DNA of 64,000 nt from Candidatus Thorarchaeota archaeon (GTDB lineage Archaea > Asgardarchaeota > Thorarchaeia > Thorarchaeales > Thorarchaeaceae), in NCBI GenBank assembly GCA_029855935.1, contig JAGSHN010000016.1, positions 64,001-128,000 of the forward strand, in the 5' to 3' direction. Every line of letters starts with the position of its first letter. Position 1 is the first letter of the stretch. Shown one piece after another: positions 1-9,565 of this stretch. The notes under the pieces were generated by a model. It was not told the DNA's origin. It saw only the letters and a program-made list of their open reading frames with translations, and searched no databases. A program made the translations under genes and the position numbers.

Positions 1-1821
1 AAGCCTGTAGATTGACCCCCTGAGAGGAACGTACATAATGGGCCGGCGTGACTCCAGCCAGCCCATTGCCTTCATCCCAAGGTCCACAATACGGGACTTA
101 CCCTCATTTGCAAGTCCGGCTATCACTTCAAGCTGCCCATCGCCCGCATGCGCTCTGAACCTCACGGTCAGCACAAGTCCCGGACGTTCTCGGGACTTTG
201 CTGTGTATACCACTTCGGCGTTGTTGCCGTGGTTGGCAACGGCACAGTCGAACTCTCTGTTTGTCCACTCGCCACCTTCAGCAGGGAATGGATAGCCGGG
301 CAATAAGGAGTACCAGCACTCAAGTAGCTCCCCGCTCGGCTTGAACACTATGCACCGCATGGCTGGTTCGTGTCCCTCGGCGAACACAATGCGATACGTC
401 TCGGTCTCCAAGACAGTGGTCTTGTTGAGATGATGATATGCCACAGCTCCCGCTGTTCCAAGGACGGCTATGGACAGTGGCACCTCCTTTACTGCGACTA
501 TCTCGCCCCCTGACTCGACCTCGATGACGGCTGTCAAGACAACAGCCGAGTTGGCATCTTCAGGGGTGGTGCTGACATTGATATCCAGTGCCGAGATCCC
601 TCTCTCGGGAATCTCAAAGACACCCATCTCTGGGCTGACCCTAGCAGACTCCCGGCTGTCCCGCTCTCTCAAGAGGACTCGTCCTCTGATGTCGTCCGGA
701 GTGTTGTTCCTGAGAACCATCGCGACGTGCACAGTCTGGCCCGGCGCAGCGGTCACATGGGGTGGGGCATACGAGACGGACAGAGCATCCTGAGGCACGA
801 CACCCGCATACAGATCTACAGGGTGCTGGCCAAGTGTGATGCTCCAGTGCGCCTGTGTCTTGACTCTGTAGTACGGCTTGTCAGTGTCATAGTGTGTCGC
901 ATTTCTCTCTACACGGTATCTCGTCGGTAGAACCGTTTCCTCTCCGGCTGCAATCTCTCCCGCATCTGGAGTGACGGGGTCCACCTTGAGATGACCCTCG
1001 GCATCGACCTCAATCGAATAGTTGAGCTTTCGACCCGTACCATTGAACAGTCTGATTCTCACAGGTACGTGACCCAGCCCTATGAACCCGATCTGCTCCT
1101 CAGGGGCAATCTCTGCAGCAATGGTGTCACCATTCATCGTTAGTTCAAAGGCACTGACGCCCTTTGCATACCTGTCCACAATGACTTCAAGTCTATCACC
1201 GTTCTCGCCCTCGAACCTGTACACGTAGACACCGCGTCCGTCACGGACGGTGTCATCAGGTGATTGGGTGATGTCGGGTTGCAGAGCGTCGTACCAGTAG
1301 TACTTCTCAAAGAAGTCTCTGAACAATGGGCAGTTCAGGATGCCCGGTATGTACGACTCCATCACAACTCGCGTCGAGGGCACCCACTTGAAGCCGACTC
1401 TCTTGTACAGGGGAACGGCCTTGAGATTGCCTGCCCACGTGTGGAGATAGACGCGTTGCTTCCCCAGTCGCGTTGCTGTTTCAAGGGCCTCAAGCAGGAG
1501 TGCCTTTCCAAAGCCTCTTCCCTGATAATCAGGGCGAACACCCAGAAGCTGGACGTACGCAGCCATAGGCTCATTCTCGGCAGGAGTGAGATTGCAGAAG
1601 CCGACGATCTTGTCATCAGCAGAGGCCACCATCGTCCTGAGATCGTCACTCTTTGACCTGTGGTCTAGAATCATGTCCGCGGTATATGGAGTACCACCTG
1701 TGAATCCACCAGGCCAGCTGTCAGAGTCATCAAAGGAGTTGAAGCAGTCGGCGAGCAATGCGGCATCTTCCTTGTTCATCCGAAAGTCGCGTACTCGGCC
1801 TCTAGAGTGTCCACCAAGCAA
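1..1821 (-). CDS. Large protein with N-terminal GNAT acetyltransferase domain (partial, runs off window start)
   Basis: Not in the ORF track because no stop lies in the window. Manual translation gives AYVQLLGVRPDYQGRGFGKALL...HTWAGNLKAVPLYKRVGF (GNAT motifs A/B). Likely TTG start at 1821 after GGAGG; in-frame ATG at 1779. Confidence 0.8.
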   Translation of the reverse strand, partial: MLGGHSRGRVRDFRMNKEDAALLADCFNSFDDSDSWPGGFTGGTPYTADMILDHRSKSDDLRTMVASADDKIVGFCNLTPAENEPMAAYVQLLGVRPDYQGRGFGKALLLEALETATRLGKQRVYLHTWAGNLKAVPLYKRVGFKWVPSTRVVMESYIPGILNCPLFRDFFEKYYWYDALQPDITQSPDDTVRDGRGVYVYRFEGENGDRLEVIVDRYAKGVSAFELTMNGDTIAAEIAPEEQIGFIGLGHVPVRIRLFNGTGRKLNYSIEVDAEGHLKVDPVTPDAGEIAAGEETVLPTRYRVERNATHYDTDKPYYRVKTQAHWSITLGQHPVDLYAGVVPQDALSVSYAPPHVTAAPGQTVHVAMVLRNNTPDDIRGRVLLRERDSRESARVSPEMGVFEIPERGISALDINVSTTPEDANSAVVLTAVIEVESGGEIVAVKEVPLSIAVLGTAGAVAYHHLNKTTVLETETYRIVFAEGHEPAMRCIVFKPSGELLECWYSLLPGYPFPAEGGEWTNREFDCAVANHGNNAEVVYTAKSRERPGLVLTVRFRAHAGDGQLEVIAGLANEGKSRIVDLGMKAMGWLESRRPIMYVPLRGSIYRL

Positions 1822-2088
1822 CCAGACATCCTCCAGAAAATGACAGGCCCCCGCATCAGCATGTCCTTAAGAAACTTTGGCCCTGCACGTGACTTGGCCG
1901 AGGGGATGAAATGCTCTAGTGCCTAGCTCATAGTCCTCGGAGCGGACTGTGTCTCTCTCGTTGCCCCTCGCAGATCAAGGACAACACAGTTTCGAACACG
2001 TCGGGCGGTGATGAGGTGGGGTTGGGGCCACCAAGACGAGAGCATACGTCTCGGAGACCCCGTGTTGTTCTCGGCGTGCAGAAGAGCA

Positions 2089-2844
2089 TCAACCGAGGAG
2101 TGCTGTGACGTGCCCGGTCTGGAGCGTGACCACTATCTTCAGCTTTGTTGCAGCCTCATCGTAGTCCGGGGTGATGTAGAAGCCACCGCTCCTTGTCCAC
2201 CTCGACCCCTCAAGGGTGATGTCTTCATCATCCACTGACCCAAGATACCAACCCCCAACACCAGCTGGCAGCCGGACTGTCAGGTTGACATTGCCAGTCG
2301 TGATGCGGATGCTGACGTCAACGCGGTCTTGCAGAGGTGCATCATCGGAGATTGTGAGGTCCACATTCCCCGTCGTCATAGTCACGAAGACCTCGGTGAC
2401 ATTTGCAGACTTGCCAATGTCGATTGCCACGTCTCCCGTGTCGACTTCAGCACCGATCACGTACCTAGACGAGTTTCCCAGTACCAGGTTGACGGTTGCC
2501 ACCGTGTAGTTGAGGATGTACACCCCATTATCGGACTGAATCGTGGGTACGCCCTGGGTCTGAAGTGTGGCGTTGGGCACTTCGACCTCGAAGAGATAGA
2601 CGAGGTCAGGTGAGTCGGTGAAGGTCACATTCACCGTGCCGACATCCAACTGCACTATCACCACAGCGCTGGACGGTGGGTTGTCCTCCTGTAGCATAAA
2701 CTGGAATGTGGTCGTGGGGCTATTGCCCCAACCAAAGCCCATCCATCCCCCTGTGTATGCAAGCCAGCCGGAGAGGGCCGCTCCGCCGACCACCACAGCC
2801 AAGATACACACTATCATCGCTTTGTTTCTCTTGTATTCACTCAC
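2089..2844 (-). CDS. Membrane-anchored beta-rich protein (DUF4097/adhesin-like repeats)
   Basis: N-terminal TM helix, then repeated V/I-x-x-T-T-G-N/D-V-x-L motifs. Confidence 0.6.
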   Translation of the reverse strand: MSEYKRNKAMIVCILAVVVGGAALSGWLAYTGGWMGFGWGNSPTTTFQFMLQEDNPPSSAVVIVQLDVGTVNVTFTDSPDLVYLFEVEVPNATLQTQGVPTIQSDNGVYILNYTVATVNLVLGNSSRYVIGAEVDTGDVAIDIGKSANVTEVFVTMTTGNVDLTISDDAPLQDRVDVSIRITTGNVNLTVRLPAGVGGWYLGSVDDEDITLEGSRWTRSGGFYITPDYDEAATKLKIVVTLQTGHVTALLG

Positions 2845-3491
2845 TCTCTCTCACTCCTCTTGTATCGTTTCAGAAAACTGTGCCATTTCTCTCTCAGATT
2901 TCTGTACGTTTCGTCCTGTTCGAGGACAAAACGTCTATAGATCCTTGATGCGTCACGCCTCACTGGTTCGGGAAGAGAACGATAGGCGGACTCATCGACG
3001 ACAGAGATTCCCGCACTGAGGCGGTTCTCTCTCTCTATGTAGGCCCCCAGAAGATTGGCAGCCTCATCGACCGAGGCCTCGTCGATGTCGACTCCATAGA
3101 CGGAGAGCGCTCTGATTATCGACCTCAGTCGTCCCTCAGCGAACCGGGCCACACCGTCATCGCTGTCCTTGAGCTCACCGAGACCAAGGCGGTACTCGCG
3201 TGCTGTTGCCCTGTAGTATCGCTGCACAATTCCGGTGACTGTCTGTTCGGTCCGTTCCTCCACCACCAGTCCCGCCTTCTTCAGCTTCTCGATATGATGG
3301 AGGATGGTGCCCGGGTTCTTTCCCAGGGCATCTGCAAGCTGCTTGACAGTCATCGCGCCATTGACGAGATACTTGAACAGTATCTTGGAGCGCGTCGGCT
3401 CCATCAGTACCTTGATTGTTGCAGGGTCACTGATGATTGCCAAGTCGCGCATTGGCGGGACGTTGCGTTTTCTCGGTGTCACCTCACCCAT
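2841..3491 (-). CDS. ArsR-like winged helix-turn-helix transcriptional regulator
   Basis: EPTRSKIL...MTVKQLADALGKNPGTILHHIEKLKKAGLV...QRYYRA. Start moved to ATG 3491, overlapping the upstream stop. Confidence 0.85.
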   Translation of the reverse strand: MGEVTPRKRNVPPMRDLAIISDPATIKVLMEPTRSKILFKYLVNGAMTVKQLADALGKNPGTILHHIEKLKKAGLVVEERTEQTVTGIVQRYYRATAREYRLGLGELKDSDDGVARFAEGRLRSIIRALSVYGVDIDEASVDEAANLLGAYIERENRLSAGISVVDESAYRSLPEPVRRDASRIYRRFVLEQDETYRNLREKWHSFLKRYKRSERE

Positions 3492-4410
3492 CCCCCACAA
3501 GATCGATATCGGGCTCCTCTGCCTCTGCACCGCTCTCATCCTCACCGCTCTCTCCCGTGAGTATGAGGTAGACCCGGCTGAGTGAGATGGTAGCGGCGGG
3601 GAGGACAACGAAGATGCTGAAAAGCATAGCAATCACGTTGTAGGCACCAAGGACCGGGTCCAACATCGGCGGGCCAGGATGATGCCCCTGAAACAGCATC
3701 ATAGGCAGCATCAGTAGCGCCGTGATCACCACGTACGCGTACCACGTCGAGAAGACCCGGTCAAAGTACGTCCTGCTGAGTTGCAGAGAGAGACCGAGAG
3801 CCTCCAGTGGCGAGTGGCCGTCGATGATGGCCGGGAACATCATACTGAGCATCCCCGAGACAACAAGGAACCACACAGCAGAGAAGACCGCGAGAATGAC
3901 CAGTGGACCGTCGGTGACGACTCCAGCGGTAGGAGCACCAAGGAGATACATCACAGCAATGGGCGGTCCGACGATCATGAGGAAGTAGATTGCCCCACCG
4001 ATGCTGAGCGGGACGAACTTCCTCCTATACCAAGTCAGGACACCACCGGCATTCGTGCCGTTGGTCTCAATCACCTCGCGTCCCATTCCAAAGATCGCAC
4101 CACTTGCCACAAAGGCCGGGAGAAGTATCGGTAGAACGAACAGCAGGACCGTGCCAACGACAACATAGCTTGGGATGCTCCCAACTGACTGGAAGAACTG
4201 CATCAGTCCTACCATCAACGTGTGAATGTCGCCCGCGAGGCCTATGACCACCGCCACAATCACTACGACAATCAGCGATATCAGCAGTCCGGCCACGATG
4301 AGGACTCCGAGGATTCCGAGCACGAAGGAGATGATGTTGCGAAGTGCAAACCTCACTCCTACCCCAACGTCCTTGAGGAGTACCCGGAATCCTGCGTTCT
4401 TGTTACTCAC
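3484..4410 (-). CDS. Multi-pass membrane protein, paralog of 4431..5372
   Basis: About 6 hydrophobic segments; GAIFGMGREV..GT motif shared with its neighbour. Confidence 0.8.
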   Translation of the reverse strand: MSNKNAGFRVLLKDVGVGVRFALRNIISFVLGILGVLIVAGLLISLIVVVIVAVVIGLAGDIHTLMVGLMQFFQSVGSIPSYVVVGTVLLFVLPILLPAFVASGAIFGMGREVIETNGTNAGGVLTWYRRKFVPLSIGGAIYFLMIVGPPIAVMYLLGAPTAGVVTDGPLVILAVFSAVWFLVVSGMLSMMFPAIIDGHSPLEALGLSLQLSRTYFDRVFSTWYAYVVITALLMLPMMLFQGHHPGPPMLDPVLGAYNVIAMLFSIFVVLPAATISLSRVYLILTGESGEDESGAEAEEPDIDLVGDG

Positions 4411-4430
4411 CCCACTCCCTCCGTGACTGT

Positions 4431-5372
4431 CTATACCACCGGGATCTCACCCGCTGGAGGCTCGACGACTGTCCCTCCCTCAACGTCCTCGACGTAGATC
4501 TTTGTCAGGACAATGAGTATTGCCGGGAATCCCAGCAGTATCCAGAAGAGCCACACTGCTATGGCCCACAATGCAACACCCGCGGCCACAGGCACAAAGG
4601 CCATCATATGAGCCCCACTGCTCCACATCGGAGCGGTACCCCACCACGATGTTGCGACCAAGCGGAAGGGCAGGAACGTCACGATGTAGATTAGAATCAC
4701 TGCTGCCCAGAGCCCGAAGACACGCTCAGTGTGCCTTCGTGCCGTGCTCAGGGAGGTCTCAACTGCCTCTCTGACTGAGAGACCTGCGACAACGCCTGGC
4801 ATTGTCATTGACATCAGTCCGAGGGTCAGAAATGTCCAGAGGTACGAGAACACTGTGAGCACTGCAGACATTGATGGCGATATGGAGCCGTAGTAGAGGA
4901 AGACTCCAGCCCAGACAATCAGCTGTGGCAGCACAATCACGAGAGCAAGGGCAAAGCCTGCACCCAAGAGTGGTACGAACCTGTGACGTAGCCATCCGAG
5001 CGAGCTCTCAGCACGTGTTGTCCCCTCAGTGACGGCCTCACGTGTCATCCCAAAGAGCGCACCAACAAGTGTGAAGCACAATGTTGCAAGCAGAAGTGTC
5101 ACGGTTATTCCCAGTACGGTGAACTGCGGTAGGTTCTCCCAGAACCACATAGGCATTGCCTCATCCCAGTGCGCGCCATACTCGCCCCAGTGCATCATGG
5201 GACCTATCCACAAGCCCCAGGTGGCCAGAGCCACAGGAATGACCACTGCGGCTATCATTAGTCCCCCGATTATGACCAGTGCAAGGAACGCCAAGAAGTA
5301 GCTGACCACGTTGTTCTTGGCGACCTTGAGGCCATACCGAAGGTCGTTCACGAGATTGTTGAAATCGGTCAT
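4431..5372 (-). CDS. Multi-pass membrane protein, paralog of 3484..4410
   Basis: About 6 TM segments, GALFGMTREA..EGT motif. Start taken at ATG 5372 (MTDFNNL) because the upstream part of the ORF is AT-rich promoter DNA. Confidence 0.8.
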   Translation of the reverse strand: MTDFNNLVNDLRYGLKVAKNNVVSYFLAFLALVIIGGLMIAAVVIPVALATWGLWIGPMMHWGEYGAHWDEAMPMWFWENLPQFTVLGITVTLLLATLCFTLVGALFGMTREAVTEGTTRAESSLGWLRHRFVPLLGAGFALALVIVLPQLIVWAGVFLYYGSISPSMSAVLTVFSYLWTFLTLGLMSMTMPGVVAGLSVREAVETSLSTARRHTERVFGLWAAVILIYIVTFLPFRLVATSWWGTAPMWSSGAHMMAFVPVAAGVALWAIAVWLFWILLGFPAILIVLTKIYVEDVEGGTVVEPPAGEIPVV

Positions 5373-5388
5373 CACTATCACCAAAGAC

Positions 5389-5440
5389 GTCAAACGTTTG
5401 ATATTTGACAAACGTTCTATCGTTTGTCGCAATTTAAACA
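5389..5440 (-). promoter_or_regulatory. Putative promoter/operator with two inverted repeats and a TATA-like box
   Basis: Perfect palindrome TCAAACGTTTGA (5390-5401); GACAAACG-N6-CGTTTGTC (5407-5428); TTTAAA at 5433-5438, upstream of the 4-gene operon containing the HTH regulator. Confidence 0.55.
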
Positions 5441-5556
5441 TTGTGGCATGGTATTGCACCCTCCCATCAACCGCGATTGAGATGAATAGGATGTGGCCTC
5501 CGAGGTCCACGCCGTGTGAGATAAAAAGTCAGGCCTCTCTGACATCGTGAGACACC

Positions 5557-6216
5557 TTGAGAATCCCTCCACTTCACGACCTTCACATCCACACGGACTT
5601 CTCAGATGGCTCCTCCGAGATTGAGGACGTAGTGCAACGTGCGAACGAGCTGCGTCTTGGTGCAATAGCCATCGCGGACCACTTCTGGCCCTCGATTGGC
5701 GGTCGTCCTGGTGGATGGAAGATAATTCAACGTCGCAGGGAACGTATTGTGGAGCTCCGGGAGGAGTATCCACGTCTACTGATTCTTGATGGGGTGGAGG
5801 TGGACATCCAGTCCGACGGCACACTGGCGCCAGTGGCAGGCGGTCTCGATCAGTTTGACCTGGTGATAGCATCCGTCCACTTTCGGTGCGATTCGAGACA
5901 ATGGGCCGCGACAATCAGGCGACTTGTGGAGCGCGACAGGTTTCACGTCCTCGGTCACTGGGACGGCTACCTCGGCTCGTATCGCCGTGAGGATGGGGAG
6001 ATAGTCGCGTCAACGCTGGCAGAGACCAGTATTGCCATAGAGTTGAACACGAGGTACGGCATAGACCATCCAGAGTTTCTCGAACTGGCTCGTGATGCGG
6101 GCTGTGTGTTTGCTCTTGGCAGCGACTCTCACGTGGTTGACACAGTTGGTGATATTGCCGAAGCAAGGTCCATAGCGAGGACCATGGGACTGCCATTGCT
6201 TGAGGAGCTGAGCTAG
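5557..6216 (+). CDS. PHP-domain phosphoesterase
   Basis: DLHIHTDFSDG, ADH, GVEVDI and GSDSH motifs. Confidence 0.9.
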   Translation: MRIPPLHDLHIHTDFSDGSSEIEDVVQRANELRLGAIAIADHFWPSIGGRPGGWKIIQRRRERIVELREEYPRLLILDGVEVDIQSDGTLAPVAGGLDQFDLVIASVHFRCDSRQWAATIRRLVERDRFHVLGHWDGYLGSYRREDGEIVASTLAETSIAIELNTRYGIDHPEFLELARDAGCVFALGSDSHVVDTVGDIAEARSIARTMGLPLLEELS

Positions 6217-6227
6217 GTGTCCAGTAG

Positions 6228-7412
6228 TCAACTCCGGCGTTTCATCAGAAGGACTATTCCGGCGACTCCCGCCATTGTGGCGAGAGATCCTGCCATTATG
6301 GCCCATTGGTCGAGTGAGGGTGCTGGCGGGACGACTACGACCATGACGGTATGGTGTGAGGAGTTTCCCTCCCAGTCCTCGACCAGAATGGTGATGTTGA
6401 CCTCTCCCAGTCCGTGCCGCACTACCCGATATCGTACCGTATCGTTCACCAAGACTGCTGGTGCAAAAATAGCGCCATTGACAATCACTCTGTATCGTTT
6501 CGGGAAGTGATCGTGCACGGTCCACGTGACGATAATCTTCGCCAGTCCAGAATCATTGGCCTCGATGATGATCTCTCTCTGACCGCTCACCTCAGGGGGT
6601 GTGTCATCTACGAGTTGTCTGGGAGCGCGGTCAGACGAACTCGCGGGACCCGGAATGTCATACTCGTTTCCTGGCGTCCAGTCGTGCCACCGGTTTCCCG
6701 TGCCCTTTCCGTCATCCCACAGGTTGTACGTCCCGGAGTCGTAGGCGTTCGTTTCGCTGTCCCCGGCCTCGCTGTAGCCGTTCCATCCGATGCTGTTATC
6801 GTAGATCTGATTGTGATGGGCGTTGTACAGGGCTACGCCATATCGTGAGTTACCGAATAGCCAATCTCCCACGACACTGCTCTCATTGCAGTTGTCAAGA
6901 ACGATGCCCTGCGTGTTGTGATGTATCTGATTCTTCCTGATGGTCGACCTGAGAGACGAGATCGCCCATACCCCGGTCCCGCACACCGCTATCCTGTTGG
7001 AATCCACAGTCACATCTGTCGAGTTCGTAATCTGAATTCCAGCAGTACCAAGCTGAATCGTGTTGTTGCTGATGACCCCGCCTGTGACGTTGCACAACTC
7101 GATGACAGCGGTCCGTCCGCCGATGAGAGTACAATCCCTAATGATGAAGTGGGCGCGTGTGTTCATGACTGTGATGCAGAAATCATGCCCATTGATTGTC
7201 AGTCCCGCGATGACGTAGGGATTCTCCTCAGTCCCCGAACCGGGCCACTGGGCAAGACCACTATCGTCTAGGATGAGAATCTGCGAGTCGGCGGCTGTCG
7301 ACGGATGTGATGATAAGACTGAGCCACCTTGTACACGTGGCACGAGGAGTGACATCGTCATAAGAATAGCAATGGCGACCGCAACGGTTGGTTGAAGATG
7401 ATTGTGAATCAA
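6228..7412 (-). CDS. Cell-surface right-handed parallel beta-helix (NosD-like) protein with Ig-like domain and C-terminal TM anchor
   Basis: Signal-like N-terminus, GSGTEENPYVI, repeated I.NN.I..N..GI.L, N.WDDG..GN.W, C-terminal TM followed by KRR. Confidence 0.8.
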   Translation of the reverse strand: MIHNHLQPTVAVAIAILMTMSLLVPRVQGGSVLSSHPSTAADSQILILDDSGLAQWPGSGTEENPYVIAGLTINGHDFCITVMNTRAHFIIRDCTLIGGRTAVIELCNVTGGVISNNTIQLGTAGIQITNSTDVTVDSNRIAVCGTGVWAISSLRSTIRKNQIHHNTQGIVLDNCNESSVVGDWLFGNSRYGVALYNAHHNQIYDNSIGWNGYSEAGDSETNAYDSGTYNLWDDGKGTGNRWHDWTPGNEYDIPGPASSSDRAPRQLVDDTPPEVSGQREIIIEANDSGLAKIIVTWTVHDHFPKRYRVIVNGAIFAPAVLVNDTVRYRVVRHGLGEVNITILVEDWEGNSSHHTVMVVVVPPAPSLDQWAIMAGSLATMAGVAGIVLLMKRRS

Positions 7413-7530
7413 GATACTCGCCTACACCTTGGTCTATGTCGTCCTATGGGAGATGGCCCGCTTCGAGGTCGCATGGACCGTGGCATTGCGTGCCTTCGGA
7501 ACAGACGATATAAGTTGAGACACAAAAGTC

Positions 7531-8388
7531 TTGGCGATGGCGATGTTGACCCGGTATTCAGCACGTGTCGTGCGTGTCCGTGTGGGTTCTGACCTCCAGA
7601 CCGCTATCAAGAAGGGCATCACTGCCCTAGACCACGAAGCGGCCTCCCTTGTCCCGGGCAAGACGTTCACCATCAAACCAAATCTCAACAGTGCTGACCC
7701 GTATCCGGCGTCAAGTGATCCTGCCTTCGTCCGTGCCCTGGGTGAAGTCCTACTTGATATGGGTGCGGCCAATCTCAGGCTTGTAGAGTGTTCGATGCTC
7801 GGCGTGAGGACAAGGGATGTTGCTACGAAGACCGGTATGATGTCTGTAGCCGAGGAGCTGGGTACGGAGATTGAGTTTCTTGATGAGGGCGAGTGGATAG
7901 AGCAGACGGTTCCTGGCGGAAGGTATCTTCGGCGTGTGCGGGTCGGAGACGCTCTGCTGAGGGCTGAGAACATAGTTCTTGCGCCGTGCCTCAAGACCCA
8001 CAAGTACGCGCGTTTCACCGGGGCTATGAAGCTCTTTGTAGCCTCTATGCGCAAGCGGGACAGAATACTTCTTCATGCACGTCACCTTGAGGAGAAGATT
8101 CCCGAACTTGCCTCGCTCTTCCATCCTGTACTGATAGTGATGGACGCCCGCAAGGTCTTCGTCACTGGTGGTCCCTTCTCGGGAAGAGTCGAGTCGCCTG
8201 GACTGGTCATAGTCGGGACCGACATGGTTGCTGTGGACGTGGTCGGTGTCAGAGTGCTGCAGCGGTATGAGGCAAAGAATCGGTTGGACGTGGATGCCTG
8301 GGAACTGCCGCAGATTAGGAGGGCCGTCGAGCTTGGTATGGGCGTTGTATCCGATGATCAGATAGAGCTCCTTGACATCGAGGCCTAG
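7531..8388 (+). CDS. DUF362 family protein
   Basis: IKPNL, LKTH..A.FTGAMK, GGP..G and D.VAVD motifs. Confidence 0.85.
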   Translation: MAMAMLTRYSARVVRVRVGSDLQTAIKKGITALDHEAASLVPGKTFTIKPNLNSADPYPASSDPAFVRALGEVLLDMGAANLRLVECSMLGVRTRDVATKTGMMSVAEELGTEIEFLDEGEWIEQTVPGGRYLRRVRVGDALLRAENIVLAPCLKTHKYARFTGAMKLFVASMRKRDRILLHARHLEEKIPELASLFHPVLIVMDARKVFVTGGPFSGRVESPGLVIVGTDMVAVDVVGVRVLQRYEAKNRLDVDAWELPQIRRAVELGMGVVSDDQIELLDIEA

Positions 8389-8390
8389 AA

Positions 8391-9011
8391 TCAGACCTCT
8401 CTGCCGTCGTCATCCGTTGCCGGGACCATTGCCGGCCCGTCTATGACCACCGCATTGGTGCCATTCAGCATGAGGAAGCGACGCAGGTACTGTTCGTTGG
8501 ACAGTTGCAGGAGTACGATGCCCTTCCCTCTGTCAATCTTCAGCACGACGATCGCGCGCTCAAGAGCCCTCGGCAACGCAGAATACGCAACGAGGCCAGC
8601 CATCGACAATATCATGCCTGCAAGCAGTACGGCCGGAATCAGCACAGGACCGCCATAGCGAAGTGCCCGAATGGTTGCAAGGCTGAAGAACAGGATGGGA
8701 TACATCAGAATGAAGAATGCGACGGCCGCGACAAGCTTTGTTGTGGTCGTCCTCACACTGTGAGCGTGCATCTCACATACAGGGATGAGGAATGCCACCA
8801 TCCTATGAGGCTGGACTGTGGGTACGTGAGGACTGAATCCAGGTTGCCAGCTGGGATGGACGTTTGTGCTCTCAGAGGGCGCATCTGTCTCGGCAACCGT
8901 GAGTACTACTAGATCTTCAGGCTCCCCTAGACAGACAGGACAGGCCTCGGGCCATTTCAACTCAGAGAGTTTGCATCTCACTGTAGGGGCATTCTGTCGG
9001 CGCCACCTCAT
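8391..9011 (-). CDS. Hypothetical membrane protein with putative zinc finger
   Basis: CPVC ... PVCEMH pair followed by two TM helices. Confidence 0.7.
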   Translation of the reverse strand: MRWRRQNAPTVRCKLSELKWPEACPVCLGEPEDLVVLTVAETDAPSESTNVHPSWQPGFSPHVPTVQPHRMVAFLIPVCEMHAHSVRTTTTKLVAAVAFFILMYPILFFSLATIRALRYGGPVLIPAVLLAGMILSMAGLVAYSALPRALERAIVVLKIDRGKGIVLLQLSNEQYLRRFLMLNGTNAVVIDGPAMVPATDDDGREV

Positions 9012-9031
9012 GCAGAGATCTCCTCAGCCGC

Positions 9032-9424
9032 CTACGAGGAGTTCTTCTTCTCGTCCTCAGGCGGCATTATCACAATCTGGATGCTGGTGTGAGGTTTTCC
9101 CTCGCTGTCAGCGGCGTCGAAGGTGTCGAAGGCCATCTGGTAGATGAATCGTTTCTCCCGCTTCTTGATCTCGTGTGCGACGCGGACGGAGAGACCAACA
9201 CCTTTGAAGCCGTAGCCTCTGATGGCCACCATCCTACGGTCGTTCTTGACAAGATTGTGGACAGTGGCAGCTATCTTGCCGACATTGATGCGGCCAGCAC
9301 CTGGTGCTATCTCCAGCAGTACGTAGTCACTGGTGGGATAGACCTCCACCTCATTCTCCATCGTGATTGCAACTACCTCGTCGCCCACTCGAAGCGGCTC
9401 GGGAATCCTATCGTGGAGTGACAT
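9032..9424 (-). CDS. Hypothetical protein, possibly a divergent Alba-fold nucleic-acid-binding protein
   Basis: MVAIRGYGFKGVGLSVRVAHEIKKR and HTSIQIVI resemble Alba VVIKARGRAISRAVDVAE and STIEIVL. Start taken at ATG 9424. Confidence 0.55.
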   Translation of the reverse strand: MSLHDRIPEPLRVGDEVVAITMENEVEVYPTSDYVLLEIAPGAGRINVGKIAATVHNLVKNDRRMVAIRGYGFKGVGLSVRVAHEIKKREKRFIYQMAFDTFDAADSEGKPHTSIQIVIMPPEDEKKNSS

Positions 9425-9565
9425 GTCGATCACCCTTCTGGGCGGTCTCTGGTTGTGGTTGTGAACCTGACGCCATCGCTTATGATTGCGCAGATTGTTC
9501 ACGCAATGCCACTATCTTGCCCGTTATATACTCTGAGGAAAGGGTGAATCCGGAGAGGAACGGCA

